Part shown: positions 51,985 through 64,000 of the stretch, piece by piece | How the letters are laid out: every line of letters starts with the position of its first letter | How positions within the stretch are numbered: position 1 is the first letter of the stretch | Origin: Gordius albopunctatus | Lineage: Eukaryota | DNA length: 64,000 nucleotides | Direction: 5' to 3' | Assembly: GCA_964276515.1 (NCBI GenBank) | Contig: OZ193909.1 | Location: forward strand, 18,910,001 to 18,974,000 | Position numbers and translations under genes: made by a program | Notes under the pieces: model-generated | What the model was told of the DNA's origin: nothing | Seen by the model: only the letters and a program-made list of their open reading frames with translations | The model's database searches: none

Positions 51985-53450
51985 ATACTGTGATGATCTG
52001 ATGTTAAAGCAATTTAGTGCCATCTGCATTTTATAAAAAAAAATTATTTACTAACATTCTTTTTTATTTAATAACTAATGAGGAAGGTAAATTCACTTTT
52101 CCTATTTGAACAATGCGGATCACACCAGAAAGATGTGGGAGATTGCCAAATTTAAAATGGTAGATTTGATGGTACATATTTCACCATGTGAAACATATGA
52201 CATGAACAGTCTATTTTACATCAAACTTAACCTCAATTTTAATTTCGTTTTATTTTGTCAGCAAAATTATTTGCGACAATTTTCAAATGCATATTACAAA
52301 GGCAAAACATTTTTTATTGTAGTAACAATTATGATAAAAACAACAACAATTTTTGTCAAGAAGGACAAGAGCAGCGGTTCAGAAAAATGAGGGCCCATTA
52401 ATTGAGTTCCTATATGCAAAGCGGATTCGTATGATAATTTAGATGGAATTGAAATGGCTGGCAGACCTAGAGAATTAATATAATTTATACTTTTATAACA
52501 AATACTATTAAAAAACATAAATTTTTATTTTATATTGGCATATAAATAAATTTAATTAATATAAATAAATATAGATTGATTAGTTTTTAAAGTATAAATT
52601 TTTAACTAAAAATCCTTTAAAGTTGGAATTATTGTAAAATTCACAATTTGATATACATATAGGAAGCTTGGCTTGTTGTTCAAAGCGGAATAACTGTCGT
52701 ATACGTGAATACGTGAAGGAATAATAGTTTAATTTAGTATAACTTTTATTTGTATAACATTTTATACAGTTTATATTTTTGCTATAATTATATGTTTTAA
52801 TATCGTAACCCAAAGCCGAGTTGGAAAAACAATAGATGAATCTGGTGCAAAATGTAATATTCGCATTTTAGAAATTGAGACCGGTTTTCACGCATATTTA
52901 TACGCATGTAATATGTACTAAAAAACTACGTAATAAAAGGATACTATAATTGTTAATTGAAACAAAATAAGTTATATCAAAATGTATAATACTATTTTAT
53001 AAATAAATACATATTATCAAATAAATCACTAAATCTAACACTAACCCTTGCCTATATTAGATTTTGCACATATTAGATTTTGCACAGAAGTGGTTCAAGA
53101 TAGATACATATGTAAGTTCTTTAGTATATCCTTACCCCTAGCCCTATTATTTAATAAAGAGTCAAATTTAGTCTATTATTAATCTTATCTTCATATATGT
53201 CCTTGAACATATCAAATTAATCATCTTATTTAGTTCTGGATCCTATTATAATTCTGATTATATTATTTTCATCATCCTATTTAGATTAAAACATATCGAA
53301 TCTAAAAATTAAAAAGTCGGAACAATTATTTATAATTTTACTTTTATAAGTTATTCAATTAGAAAATCAATTAATTAATAGGTAGATTCAAAAGAGTAAA
53401 AAGTGTCATAATTTTTTTAAACTATTTTTCAAAATTGGTAATGTTTTAGA
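51985..53450 (-). pseudogene. Inverted, diverged duplicate of QRSL1 last intron, last exon and 3' flank
   Basis: [34 protein letters not shown] at ~52365-52467 behind a TAG acceptor. The flanks match the reverse complement of ~29160-29960. There is an internal deletion in the exon and an insertion at ~52700-53280. Confidence 0.85.
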
Positions 53451-54164
53451 TAAATGTTTTGTGTGGTAGTCTCTAATTGAAAGAGCTATTAACGGTTTGC
53501 TTACCAAATTTTTCTAACATTGGAAGGAAAAAGATTGTACACAGGACGTAACTATCTATACTATTCTTTTCGAGAACTTATTACACAAGAGAATCTTACG
53601 ATGAATTCCCTCCTTCAACACGACCAATCATCAATAGAAATCACTTAAATAACTATTATCAAGACTTTTATTCTGATATAGTGAAAAATGAAAAGGGTAT
53701 AGACTGGCAGTAAATACAAAAAATATGTTAATCACCTTTCAAACGTACAACAAAACTGTACTCAAATTGGGCAATGGTTCCAATTTGGAAGAAACATTGA
53801 ATCCTTACAATTCCGACGCGGCGTCAGAAAATATATTGGAAATTTCAAACAAACAAAAACTGTGACTTAGCCCCGAGGCAAAACATGAAGAAGTCAGGTA
53901 GCTTAGCCGTCAGACCTATTAGTTTCTATGCCTTTCCCAGTGCAAGCAAACCCAGGTATGGTCGCCTACGAAATAACAAAATCTTATGTCAACCATCCCT
54001 CATCCAGAATTAGACAGAAAGACCGTGGTGTTCCGTCAGCAAAAGACACCTCGAGCTACGGCAATAATGGCAAACTAAAACTACAACAGATTTGATTTTA
54101 AAAAAGAGAAGTTGTACGGATCCCCCCCTCTCCCTTTATATATTAATTTTAATATCGCGTATGT

Positions 54165-54420
54165 GGGCCATTCCATGTCGATTCGTCAAAAATGGCGATT
54201 TTTAGCCGACCAACTCAGATCAGGATAATTTTTGGCGAGGGTGTAGGCCTGTTTTATTAGAATAATTTCTGAAAATTTTAGCTATTTTGGGCCAATACTT
54301 TTTAGGTTACGGACGTCTAAAGGGCCAAAATCACGTTTGAGAGAGTTTTATGGATTTTAATTTTATCATATTTTTAAAAGTAATTGCGTTATTCACTTAA
54401 ATTTTGATGCATTGTGTTCC
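54165..54420. mobile_element. Solo TIR of the 169-1409 family
   Basis: GGGCCATTCCATGTCGATTCGTCAAAAA...TTTTGGGCCAATACTTTTT matches 169-420. Confidence 0.75.
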
Positions 54421-54667
54421 TAAAATTAGTATAAAATGCTATAATCGTACGTTTAACATCAGTATCAGGGAATGAATCCCGCAAAACCCTTACACCGGCT
54501 TGCTCAAAATTGACTTGGACATAGCGAGGACAAAGTATTAATAGTGAGCACACAAATCTTTAATGATCCCAAAAAGCAAATGATAGGAATTTTGAGATTT
54601 GTCAGGCAAAAGTGCAAAAATCACAGGAACCATGTGTTCCTTAATGTGACAATGTATAGTGTAGACC

Positions 54668-56000
54668 CAGGGGTGTAGCTAGGATTTTCTCAAGGGGGTA
54701 TAAAATTTCCTATTTTTTTAAAACATTTTTCTTTAAATAATATAAATACAAAAGCGGTGTATAAAAATAGTCGCTATAAAACAATTTTTAATTTTCTTTT
54801 GCGAAAAGATAAGACATCAAGAATTTTATCCGGAGTTGGGGCTAACTCCCGATGAATCGTTAAAGGCGCCAAACCATTTAATCTATTGTTTGACATGGTA
54901 TTTCGTAAGTAGGTCTTGAGTCTTCTCAAAGTTGAGAAACTTCTCTCATTTGTGAATGTAGTAATTGGGAGGCAAGCTAATAGATGAAACAAAGTTCTAA
55001 GGTTCGGTAAGCATTCTAATTTGGTTATGTGATTTAGCAAAGCATCCAAAGAATTCTTGGGACGCAATTCTTCTGGTATCTGAGACAACGACATATACCA
55101 GACATCAAATTGTGTTTTAACGTCAACATTTGTACCATTCAAGTCATTAAAGTAAAAATCCACTAAGTTATTTATTTTTATCTGAGCTGTAGGCGAAACT
55201 TTTGAATCTTGAGGAAAAAAAACTTGAAAATTTGCAATAATTTCCTTCTTGTCTAAAAATATTTTATTGACTTGAACAATAAAAGAATCAAGTAATGGAA
55301 TAAAAATTGCGATTTTATAATAGTCCTCAACAGAGTCTGTTTGAATATTACTTCGGAACGTTTGTTTTCTAGCCCATCTGGGTTTTAAAAGATCAAACTG
55401 GTATAAGTTTGCCTTAGCTTCGGCCATTAAAAAATTTGATGAAATTCTTGATCCACATTAGTTCTCAACAATTTCATCTAATCAACAATGTTTTGGGCCA
55501 ACTCGGTGACCAGCTGTAGGTCTAAACTTTTTTTTTGCAATTGCCTGCAAAGAATTGATGTATAACTGAAAAGTTTATGAAGACATAATAGCGATATTAT
55601 GTAGTGCGATTGCCGCAAAGAAGACAGCAAAGTTGCCGCCTCTGTTGCGGCATCGCGATCATACCAGGTAGAAATTTTTTCTAAAGAAGGATAAATCACA
55701 TCTTGAAGTTTTTTATGCTTTGCAACAGTTTTGTGCCGTGATGACCAACGGGTCACACACACTTGCTTTAATTTTTTCATTACCGGTAAGACTTCTAATA
55801 AAACATCTTGCCGTTTGGAGTATTTAAACATATCATAAACTTTAGAAACAATACCTATTTAAAAAAATTATCACAATATTATGTTATCTCTAATTTATAC
55901 CCATGCAATTTCTTATGGTAGGAAGGGTCGATGTATCTGAAAGGGCCAAGTTTAATGAATGGGAGGCACAGTGGACATACAACGCCGTTTGGTATGCTTT
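54668..56000 (-). mobile_element. hAT element (ZMYM1/P52rIPK-like transposase), degenerate, with right terminus
   Basis: YVHCASHSLNL, CVTRWSSR and LPITTFTNERSFSTLRRLKTYLRNTMSNNRLNGLA. 46-nt intron at 55855-55900. Stop and frameshift near 55430-55480. Terminus CAGGGGTGTAGC at 54668. Confidence 0.88.
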
Positions 56001-56381
56001 CAACAATACTAAATCTAATAAAGAACTAATTGATTACATATTATCGCATTAACATATTATTTATAAATTCTAGGAAACTCGAAAATATAAATGTTGACCC
56101 TACGCATAGAAATATTAATTAAAAGGTCTCATTATCCCTTTTATAACAACTTTAATTCCACTTTTTCGATGCAAAAAAAGTAATTTTTATGTTGGATTAT
56201 CAGTCTATGCTCTTAACGTAGTTGTATAACTCTTTAATGTAACCTAAATACGATTTTATTTAATTAATTCTAAGTCTACCATAAAACTAATCATTAATAA
56301 AGTGTAGTTAAAAAGTTTGCCAACAAGTTAGACCTCACAAATGAAAATGGTACTAAAAGTGTGGTAGAATATATTTGTCAT

Positions 56382-59300
56382 ATGGAAAATGAAGTAAAGC
56401 TTTATATTTATGAATTGACCAAAGGTCAGGCTCAAATATATTCCAGCTTGTTGATAGGTGTTTGTATTTTATTTTTTTTATAATATAATTAACAATCTTA
56501 TAGGGACCGCGATAGATGGGGTGTGGCACACATCAATTGTTGTGTATGGGGTGGAATATTTTTTTGGGAGTTGTGGTATCCAGTCATGTCCTCCGGTAGC
56601 TTTTTAAAATTATCTTTACACTATATTCGATTGTATTTACAAAAATACTTTGCATTTTGGCGCAAGAATTTTAAAATATATATTGATATTATTTTTTAGA
56701 GTTATGAGAAAGCCTTTGTATTTAGTCTTTGGTTAAATGGAAAAGGCCTTATTTTCTATTATTCTATATAGAAGCTTCAATATTTTTGCTCATAAGAGTC
56801 TTTGTTTAAATATATTAATTTTAAATATTTTTGTCAAACCTTTAAACAACTGTACATAATAATAGGCAATTAAAGTATTTTTCATTATGGTATGTAGTAC
56901 TTGTGTGAATAATAACGAGAGATTTAAATTATAATGAGTGGTCAAATACAAAGTTAAGATTTATGAATAGTGAGAGTTGTGAATACTCAAATAATAAAGG
57001 TTAAGTTTTTTCCTAGGTAACCGATGTTTGAGTTGCTTTATTCAAATTGCCTAGGTAACCATAGGTACAATAAAATATGTTTATAAATGTGTAAAATTTG
57101 AGAACTTTTAGAATTGAATGTATTAAAAGATAAGAATAAAAATTTTATCAGATTATTGAAGACAATACATTTTTTTACATTTATATGGACAATTTCTTGA
57201 CATTGATGATGTTAGGCCTTTAATTTTTTAATTCTACTCTGTAGAGGTTTCCAGAAAAATATTTATTTGTATTAAATATTGTGTTATTTTACAAATTTTG
57301 AATGTATTTTTTTAATTAATTATATGTATCAGCAGGGAAAATTTAAGTTTAGTATACTTAAGTCACCTATTATTTTTTCAATTTTAATCAGTTAAAAATA
57401 ATGTTTCATGTATGTGCAAAATGATTTATAAAAATTTATTTGCTATTTATTTTATATTACACATCTATTGATAAATTTGGTCTCCTAAAAATATTAAATT
57501 TTTAAAAGGATAAATCACCTTTTTTGCATTAACAAGATTTGAATTTTTATACAAATTTTGGAGCATTTGAAGCAAAGTAATTTTCTTTTTTGTGCTCCTA
57601 TCCCTTTTATAGAACTTCTCCATAATATAATTGAATGTATTTTTAGATTAGCAAATCTGCAGTTTAAGATTTTAAATTATAATAATAAAATAATTTTTTA
57701 TCACAAAATATTGTTTTATGGAAAAACATGGATTTAAAGTGCCAAAATTGCACATAATATATTAATCCTATTGGATTATAAGTTATTTTTTAGTTTATTA
57801 TACTAAAGAACTTTAAAGACTATCAAAATGATAAAAACATTAACCTAAATGTTGAGATAAGTAAAGTTCATGGAGAATTTTATTTCAAAATTAAATTTAA
57901 TTAAGAAATATTTACAATAAAAAATATCAAATGTCTTTATATTTCCATATACAATATATATCACAACAAATTATTTGCTAAGTATTTTATTCAAATTGCT
58001 AAGTATTTTTAGTGACATTTTTAAGTATTTTATTCATTTGCTAAGTATTTAAATTAATGCTAAGTATTTTATTTGTTTGCTAAGTATTTTATTCATTTGT
58101 TAAGTATTTAAATAAATTTTGCTAAGTATTCTATTGTTTCGCTAAGTATTTAAATATATTATGCTAAGTATTTAAATTATTGCTAAGTATTTAAATAAAT
58201 TGTGCCAAGTATTTTATTTATTTGCTAAGTATTTAAATAAATTATGCTAAGTATTCAAAAGATTTTATAAATTTTAAAACAAATTAAGGTGTCTGTTTTT
58301 TATATAACATTTAATATGACATTGGGATCGAACAATAACTGGCGTTCTTTGGCGCCAAGATCACACACCAATTTGACATACATGCATTTAATTGCTTAAT
58401 TGTGGAAGTCCAACAAATCTCGCCTTTATTATCAGACGAAGAGGAAAAAGCAGGAAGCTCGCAGTTGTACAGATCGATTGTATGGGTAAAAAAGGCCACC
58501 TATGAAAATGAGTGTGAGACAAAAAGGGCTCTTAAAGCCGAAAATAAATGGGGCTTTTGGTACCGAAATAAAACGGAGCAAGGCATAAAAGGGTATTACA
58601 GGTTGGTATATATTTGAATATTGTAACTTTACTTAGATGTAATCAAGTAAAGTTTCGTGGAGTGCAATGCGAAGCACAATGTTTTTTGCTTTATGAATCA
58701 ACATCAGAAAGAGTTATTGTATTTAATGCTAATTCCTTGCACACCCATCAATCTACTCCCTCAAACTAGAGTAAAATTGATGAGCCTAATCCGTTACGCT
58801 CTGCCCAATCTCGAGACTTTCCAGTGACCGCTTGCCATCCGGAGTAGGTTGCTAGTGCCAGTGTTTTTACACTCTCGGAGAATTTCTCGATGGTATCATC
58901 GAATGAGTCAATAGTGTCTCCTAAGGACATGAGGAATTCTGCCTCATGCTTTTGGTATGGCGGGATGGTTGGGTTTTTGTCATAGGCTTCTCTTAACGCC
59001 TTGAGCCTTTTCTTAAGTAACTCAATGTTGGAGGGCTCTTGCGTAGGGGTGATCTTAGCCTTCTCCGATTCAATAATGCGCTTGAGCTCTGTTTCCGTGA
59101 GGATGTGGACCTTGGGTTGTGTAGGACCCCAGTGAGTAAGATACTCAGCTGATTCGTACGTCTCGGACGATGTTGCCCTATCCCGTCGATCCATGGTCGG
59201 TAATCGTCTTGTTTCTCTTGCTGTAGGTGGACCAGGGAACCTTGATTCAAGCAAGGCTTTCATCCTGCTCATTTTGCTCGACCAACCTGCGATTAATGAG

Positions 59301-62300
59301 TTGAGGTGGTGTAGTGAGTTTCATGAGAAGCCACACAAACCCCCAGGGGATGAAATTTTTTGTCAAGATCTCAGAGACCCACAACTAGATGTGGAAAACC
59401 TTGCCACATAATTTTATAAGTAGCATCAGCATGCAATACTTATGAAAGGTGGGAGTTTAATAGCAACCTAAAAAATATATAAAACAAACAGTAACTATTT
59501 CTTTTTACCTTTTGGTTCAAATAAAAAATTTGAATCTTCCATCTTTGTAAGATGCTTCATAGGCAACAACTATGTAGGGAGTGTCCTCTTCCAAAGGAAT
59601 TGACGAATTTTCACTTAGCCAGAATTCTAGTTCCCCTAAGCTTATATTTGAGGCACCGTACTTTCTTTTCCTGAGTGTTGTCAAAATATTTCTCAATTGA
59701 GGCATTGAGGGTGATGGCAGATTCATCTTATTGATGTTGTCTGATATGGATTTCGGTTTTAGACCCAATTCAAACATACTATGGACTTCACTTTTAACAG
59801 AATCATCAATTTTACTCTAGTTTGAGGGAGTAGATTGATGGGTGTGCAAGGAATTAGCATTAAACACAATAACTCTTTCTGATGTTGATTCATAAAGCAA
59901 AAAACATCGTGCTTCGCATTGCACTCCACGAAACTTTACTTGATTACATCTATGTAAAGTTACAATATTCAAATATATACCAACCTGTAATACCCTTTTA
60001 TGCCTTGCTCCGTTTTATTTCGGTACCAAAAGCCCCATTTATTTTCGGCTTTAAGAGCCCTTTTTGCCTCACACTCATTTTCATAGGTGACCTTTTTTAC
60101 CCATACAATCGATCTGTACAACTGCGAGCTTCCTGCTTTTTCCTCTTCGTCTGATAATAAAGGCGACATTTGTTGGACTTCCATAATTAAGCAATTTGAT
60201 GCATGTATGTCAAATTGGTGTGTGATCTTGGCGCCAAAGAACGCCAGTTATTGTTTGATCTGAATGTCATATTAAATGTTATATAAAAAACAGACAGCTT
60301 AATTTGTTTTAAAATTTATAAAATCTTTTGAATACTTGGCACAATTTATTTAAATACTTAGCATATAGATTAAATACTTGGCAAATAAATAAAAAAAACT
60401 TAGCAAAATTTATTTAAATACTTAGCAAAATTTGAATAAAATACTTAGCAAATAATTTGTTGTGATTTTTTTATTCAAATCTAAAATAAATTATTTTTTA
60501 TATTATAACAATATAAAATTGTAATATTATATTTTTCAACTATAAATTTTGGTAATTCATTAAAATAATTCCCATTAAAACTTAACTTCAAATTTCAACA
60601 CTTTTTTGTGTCATAAATAAAACTTTGAATTAAAAAACTTAGTATTTTAAATTAATAACTTAGCACTTCAAAATAGAAACCTAGCATTTTTAAAAATTAA
60701 ACATTTTCTTTGAAATTATTACCATTAAAACTTTGTCCTTTTTAGCTTTAAAACCTTATTATCTTATATTTTTAATACTCAGCATTTTGTTTAAAATTCA
60801 TGATTTAGATTTTTTAAAATAAAATACTTAGCATTTTAATAATAAAACTTAGCAGTTAAATAACACCCAATATATATTAGCTACTACAGATATTAAAAAT
60901 ATAATTTTATTTCGCAATATTAAATTAATATATAATAGCAGACGATAAAATATTCTTAAATTTAATTTTGGCTGTAAAAATTGTAAAATTTACAAAATAT
61001 AATTATACACATAAATGATTGTGATGAATAAAACAGTAATTACCTGTAATATTTCAAATATCTTATGAAATTAAACTCCTCGCTTGAACTAGGTAAAAAT
61101 AACTTTTTTAATAACACTAAAAATAATTTGAACGAATTCGACTGTGCTGCCTAACACTGAATGCTAAATCAATATCCATGCCCGCCCCATTCAAAACGTT
61201 CTAGGGGGTGCGGAAGATTTTCAAAATTTCGCTGGAAAATTATCGGATTTTTTTCTAAGGAATTTTCAACTTCTGGCTCGATGTTCTTAAACACCGCTGT
61301 TCACAGTGGGGTAGGGGGAGGGTGCTTTCCTTATTGTTGATCTTCGATAGGATATTGGTTCTTAAACGTTTTTTGCTCTGCCTTTTCCTAAGCTTTACAT
61401 CCACCTAAAAAACCGTTACCTATATATGTAATAATTAGGTTTTGCTTTCTAAAATTGATTTTTAATTCGAGTGAAATCAATAAATTTCAGTTTATTTTGG
61501 ACCATTCTAGTATAGTTTTTTGGCGATTATAATCTGATTCTTACTTAGGGTAAGTTAGATTTAAATCTTAGTTATCATTGTTGTCGTTTTTTTTATGGAA
61601 TAGCGGTTAAACCCATATTTTTTATATGAAAACCTAAATTAAGAGTTTAAATTTTAATTATTGATCTGGGACGGCGTTGTAACTATGATAAAAAATTTTA
61701 ACAAGTTTTTCTGACGTTTGTTAAGTAGCTTTCACTCAATTTCCAGTATGACTCACATTATATGAGGTTTAGTTTTTGTTAATTGCGTGTAAAGTACAAT
61801 ATTGAGATAATTTGACAATCAAACAACAACATAAAATATATTAGTATAATCGTTTATTTAATTGATAAAAAATAGACCAATTATTTAATTTTTTTTCAAT
61901 TAAATTTCCGTGTAGATAAATTAATTTATATTTTTTACAAACGAATTCTCTATGAGCTCTTTGCAAACCCATTTTTTTACATTAAGTTTTTTAAGTGTAA
62001 TTAAAACGTTTTAAAACAATAATTTTTAATATTGAAAAACTCTTTTCACCTTCAATTAAATTGGTCGATTTGTGTAGGCATAAAAAGCAGACGATAATTA
62101 AAACGCACCTTTTATCACGTTCGTCGTTCAAGCCTTTTAAAGCCTCTAAGTATTTATATAATTGTAAGAGATTTTTTCCCTCATATAGAATATTTTTAAG
62201 AAAATATTTATATAAAGTGATGATTATTAATTAAATTACAAAATTAATGTCCCAAAAAAAATTTGAAAAGTAACCTTTATTTTACCAACTAAATTTTTGA

Positions 62301-62423
62301 TGAAATTTGTTAGGGCACCACACAATTATCACAACCGGATCAAATAGTTGGCTTGGGGCACACCGAAGTAGACGAGGCTCTCCTTCAAGAATACCTGCAT
62401 TCCTTGAGCACCGAAACCTTTTG
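56382..62423 (+). CDS. DESI1: Desumoylating isopeptidase 1 (PPPDE family), exons 1-3; continues beyond the window
   Basis: Exons 56382-56457, 56504-56595 and 62314-62423 give MENEVKLYIYELTKG...IDGVWHTSIVVYGVEYFFGSCGIQSCPP|GTTQLSQPDQIVGLGHTEVDEALLQEYLHSL. Catalytic WHT motif present. Introns are GT-AG with compatible phases. Confidence 0.9.
58766..59272 (-). other. 168-aa GC-richer ORF in the loop of the foldback; possibly a retroelement Gag-like fragment
   Basis: Open ATG-initiated frame with a helical character and a C-terminal LALATYSGWQAV motif reminiscent of DIRS/Ngaro-type Gag. Not verified. Confidence 0.3.
59393..60184 (-). pseudogene. MULE transposase N-terminal part
   Basis: Spliced across two micro-introns: WRKY/GCM1-type zinc finger, then LGELEFWLSENSSIP, then LHADATYKIMWQGFP (first catalytic Asp motif). 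In-frame stops present. Confidence 0.8.
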
Positions 62424-63240
62424 GTCAGCGCAAAATAGACTAATAATGATGCAATAAACACTAGCAAACTTTAAAATTTATTAAGTAACTTTGGCCGCCA
62501 TTTTAGGTGAATTTTTTTTCAATATGCGCACTTGTGTAGTGAAGCCTTGCGGTCGACTAAACATAAACAGACGCATAGGCGTAGCCAGCATTGGGATTCG
62601 AGCAGGGGCAATAATGATTGTTTCATGAAATTTTGGCTATAATTTTAATAAAATTCGACAAATTTTCAAATTTAGAGGGTGGCAGTCGCCCCTCCCTGCC
62701 CCCCCCCCCCCCTCCCCCTTGGATACGCCCATAAACAGACCAATGTATAGAAGAAAGAATAGTGAAAACATTAAAGAATCATCTTTACGTAGCTAAGTTG
62801 AGCGTTTTATTTATTTTTCGAGATGTCTGCCTTCATCCCATAGTTAATAACATTGGGCAACAACAATATATAATATAATAAACCGGCGAACTGTTTGCAA
62901 ATTACACAAATATATTTTTAGTTTTTCCCCCTATACATCAAGTTTTTGAAATATTTGATGTCAAAGAAGTTTCTACTTGCTAGAAACAGCGATTTCGGGC
63001 TTTTTAAACGTCAATAACTTGCAAATTAATCGCTAAAATTTTAATTTGATTAATTAAATTTTTGTCACGCATTAGGTTCTGGTGCTGGTATTCAAGCCAT
63101 ATTTCGGGTGTAAAAATATAGTTTTTTAAAACTTGACTCATTAAAGCCTACTGTCGAATTTATTATACGGGAAAATACCATATTTAGTCTAGAAATGACC
63201 TTTTGATATTATCAAATTTAGTTTTTATTAAAGCTTAAGA

Positions 63241-63620
63241 TAGTGATGGGGAAACGCTTAGCACTAGCGCGCTTAGCACCTCCTCTCCGCTGATGGGAAT
63301 AGCCTATTAAATACGCTATGTCTACTAGCACATAGTCACTTTAAGTGCTATAAGCTATGGGAGATGGGAGGTTTGAGACGCTATAAGCTATAGCCGATAG
63401 CACTTAAATGCGCTAGAGTTTAGTGATGGGGAAACGCTTAGCACTAGCGCGCTTAGCACCTCCCCGCTGATGGGAATAGCCTATTAAATACGCTATGTCT
63501 ACTAGCACATAGTCACTTTAAGTGCTATAAGCTATGAGAGATGGGAGGTTTGAGACGCTATAAGCTATAGCCGATAGCACTTAAATGCGCTAGAGCTATA
63601 GCACGGCGCTAACATTGATA
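63241..63620. repeat. Tandemly duplicated (~180 bp) hAT-like terminus
   Basis: TAGTGATGGGGAAACGCTTAGCACTAGC starts at 63241 and at 63421. Related to 27017. Confidence 0.85.
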
Positions 63621-64000
63621 ATAATAATAATAATTTCAATTAATTTGGGATTAAAACTGGTGTAGTTATAGTTTTTCGATCGTTTTAGCTATGATGTTTT
63701 GTGTTTTAATGCGATTTCTAATACGTTTTTTAAGGGCAAATTTAAACCTGCCACATTAGGCCATATATTGGGCGCGATTTCTAAACTTTTTTTTAATTTT
63801 TGTCACATAAATTTTTCTATTTTTAAATATTTCGTTAAAAAGTCTATAATTCTGCACTGAGAAATATTTTTGTCATTATGAATAAATTTTTAAGATTAAG
63901 TATGTTTTTTTAATTAAAAATAGAAAATATAAATAGTTTTGATGCTTAAATTAATTATAGCGGAGATCGGTATCACTTGTTTCGCCACAATTGCAATACC

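Larger units (their letters stand above)
57960..60466. mobile_element. Foldback structure made of the 5' end of a MULE element, in DESI1 intron 2
   Basis: 57960-58781 is the reverse complement of ~59804-60466. TTGCTAAGTATTT subterminal repeats. The arms encode a spliced YYRCNQVKFRGVQC...LHTH zinc finger. Confidence 0.88.

Noticed and set aside
53480..54115. Possible Gypsy 3' end (purine tract followed by TGT)
   Set aside because: Too degenerate. No clear integrase motif or second LTR.
62282..62467. 61-aa minus-strand ORF
   Set aside because: Antisense to DESI1 exon 3.

Overview
Very AT-rich, intron-containing eukaryotic DNA, most likely from a protostome invertebrate (inferred from the CCAP-type receptor). 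Three host genes were reconstructed by hand from splice sites and protein motifs, all on the + strand. (1) The 3' seven exons of QRSL1/GatA (mitochondrial Glu-tRNA(Gln) amidotransferase subunit A, 25084-29617); its 5' exons were not found in the preceding 25 kb. (2) A complete 9-exon CCAP/NPS-receptor-family GPCR (36521-50697, 597 aa) with a ~250-aa third intracellular loop and a GC donor site. (3) The first three exons of DESI1 (PPPDE desumoylase, 56382-62423). The rest is a dense, nested transposon landscape: hAT elements (several families, some with intact TIRs and 8-bp TSDs), piggyBac, MULE, RTE LINE, Gypsy integrase, Helitron, a Helentron/DINE-1-like element and a tRNA-derived SINE with an 18-bp TSD. 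Four patterns stand out: repeated 0.5-0.9 kb inverted duplications of transposon sequence (RTE, piggyBac, hAT, MULE), one of them inside a DESI1 intron; 35-46 nt spliceosomal micro-introns in transposases of two superfamilies (three families) and in DESI1; an inverted pseudo-copy of the last QRSL1 exon that brackets the GPCR; and insertions whose empty sites are preserved in the window. I found no prokaryote-type system, CRISPR array or clearly novel protein family. All family assignments come from recognising motifs by eye, not from database searches.
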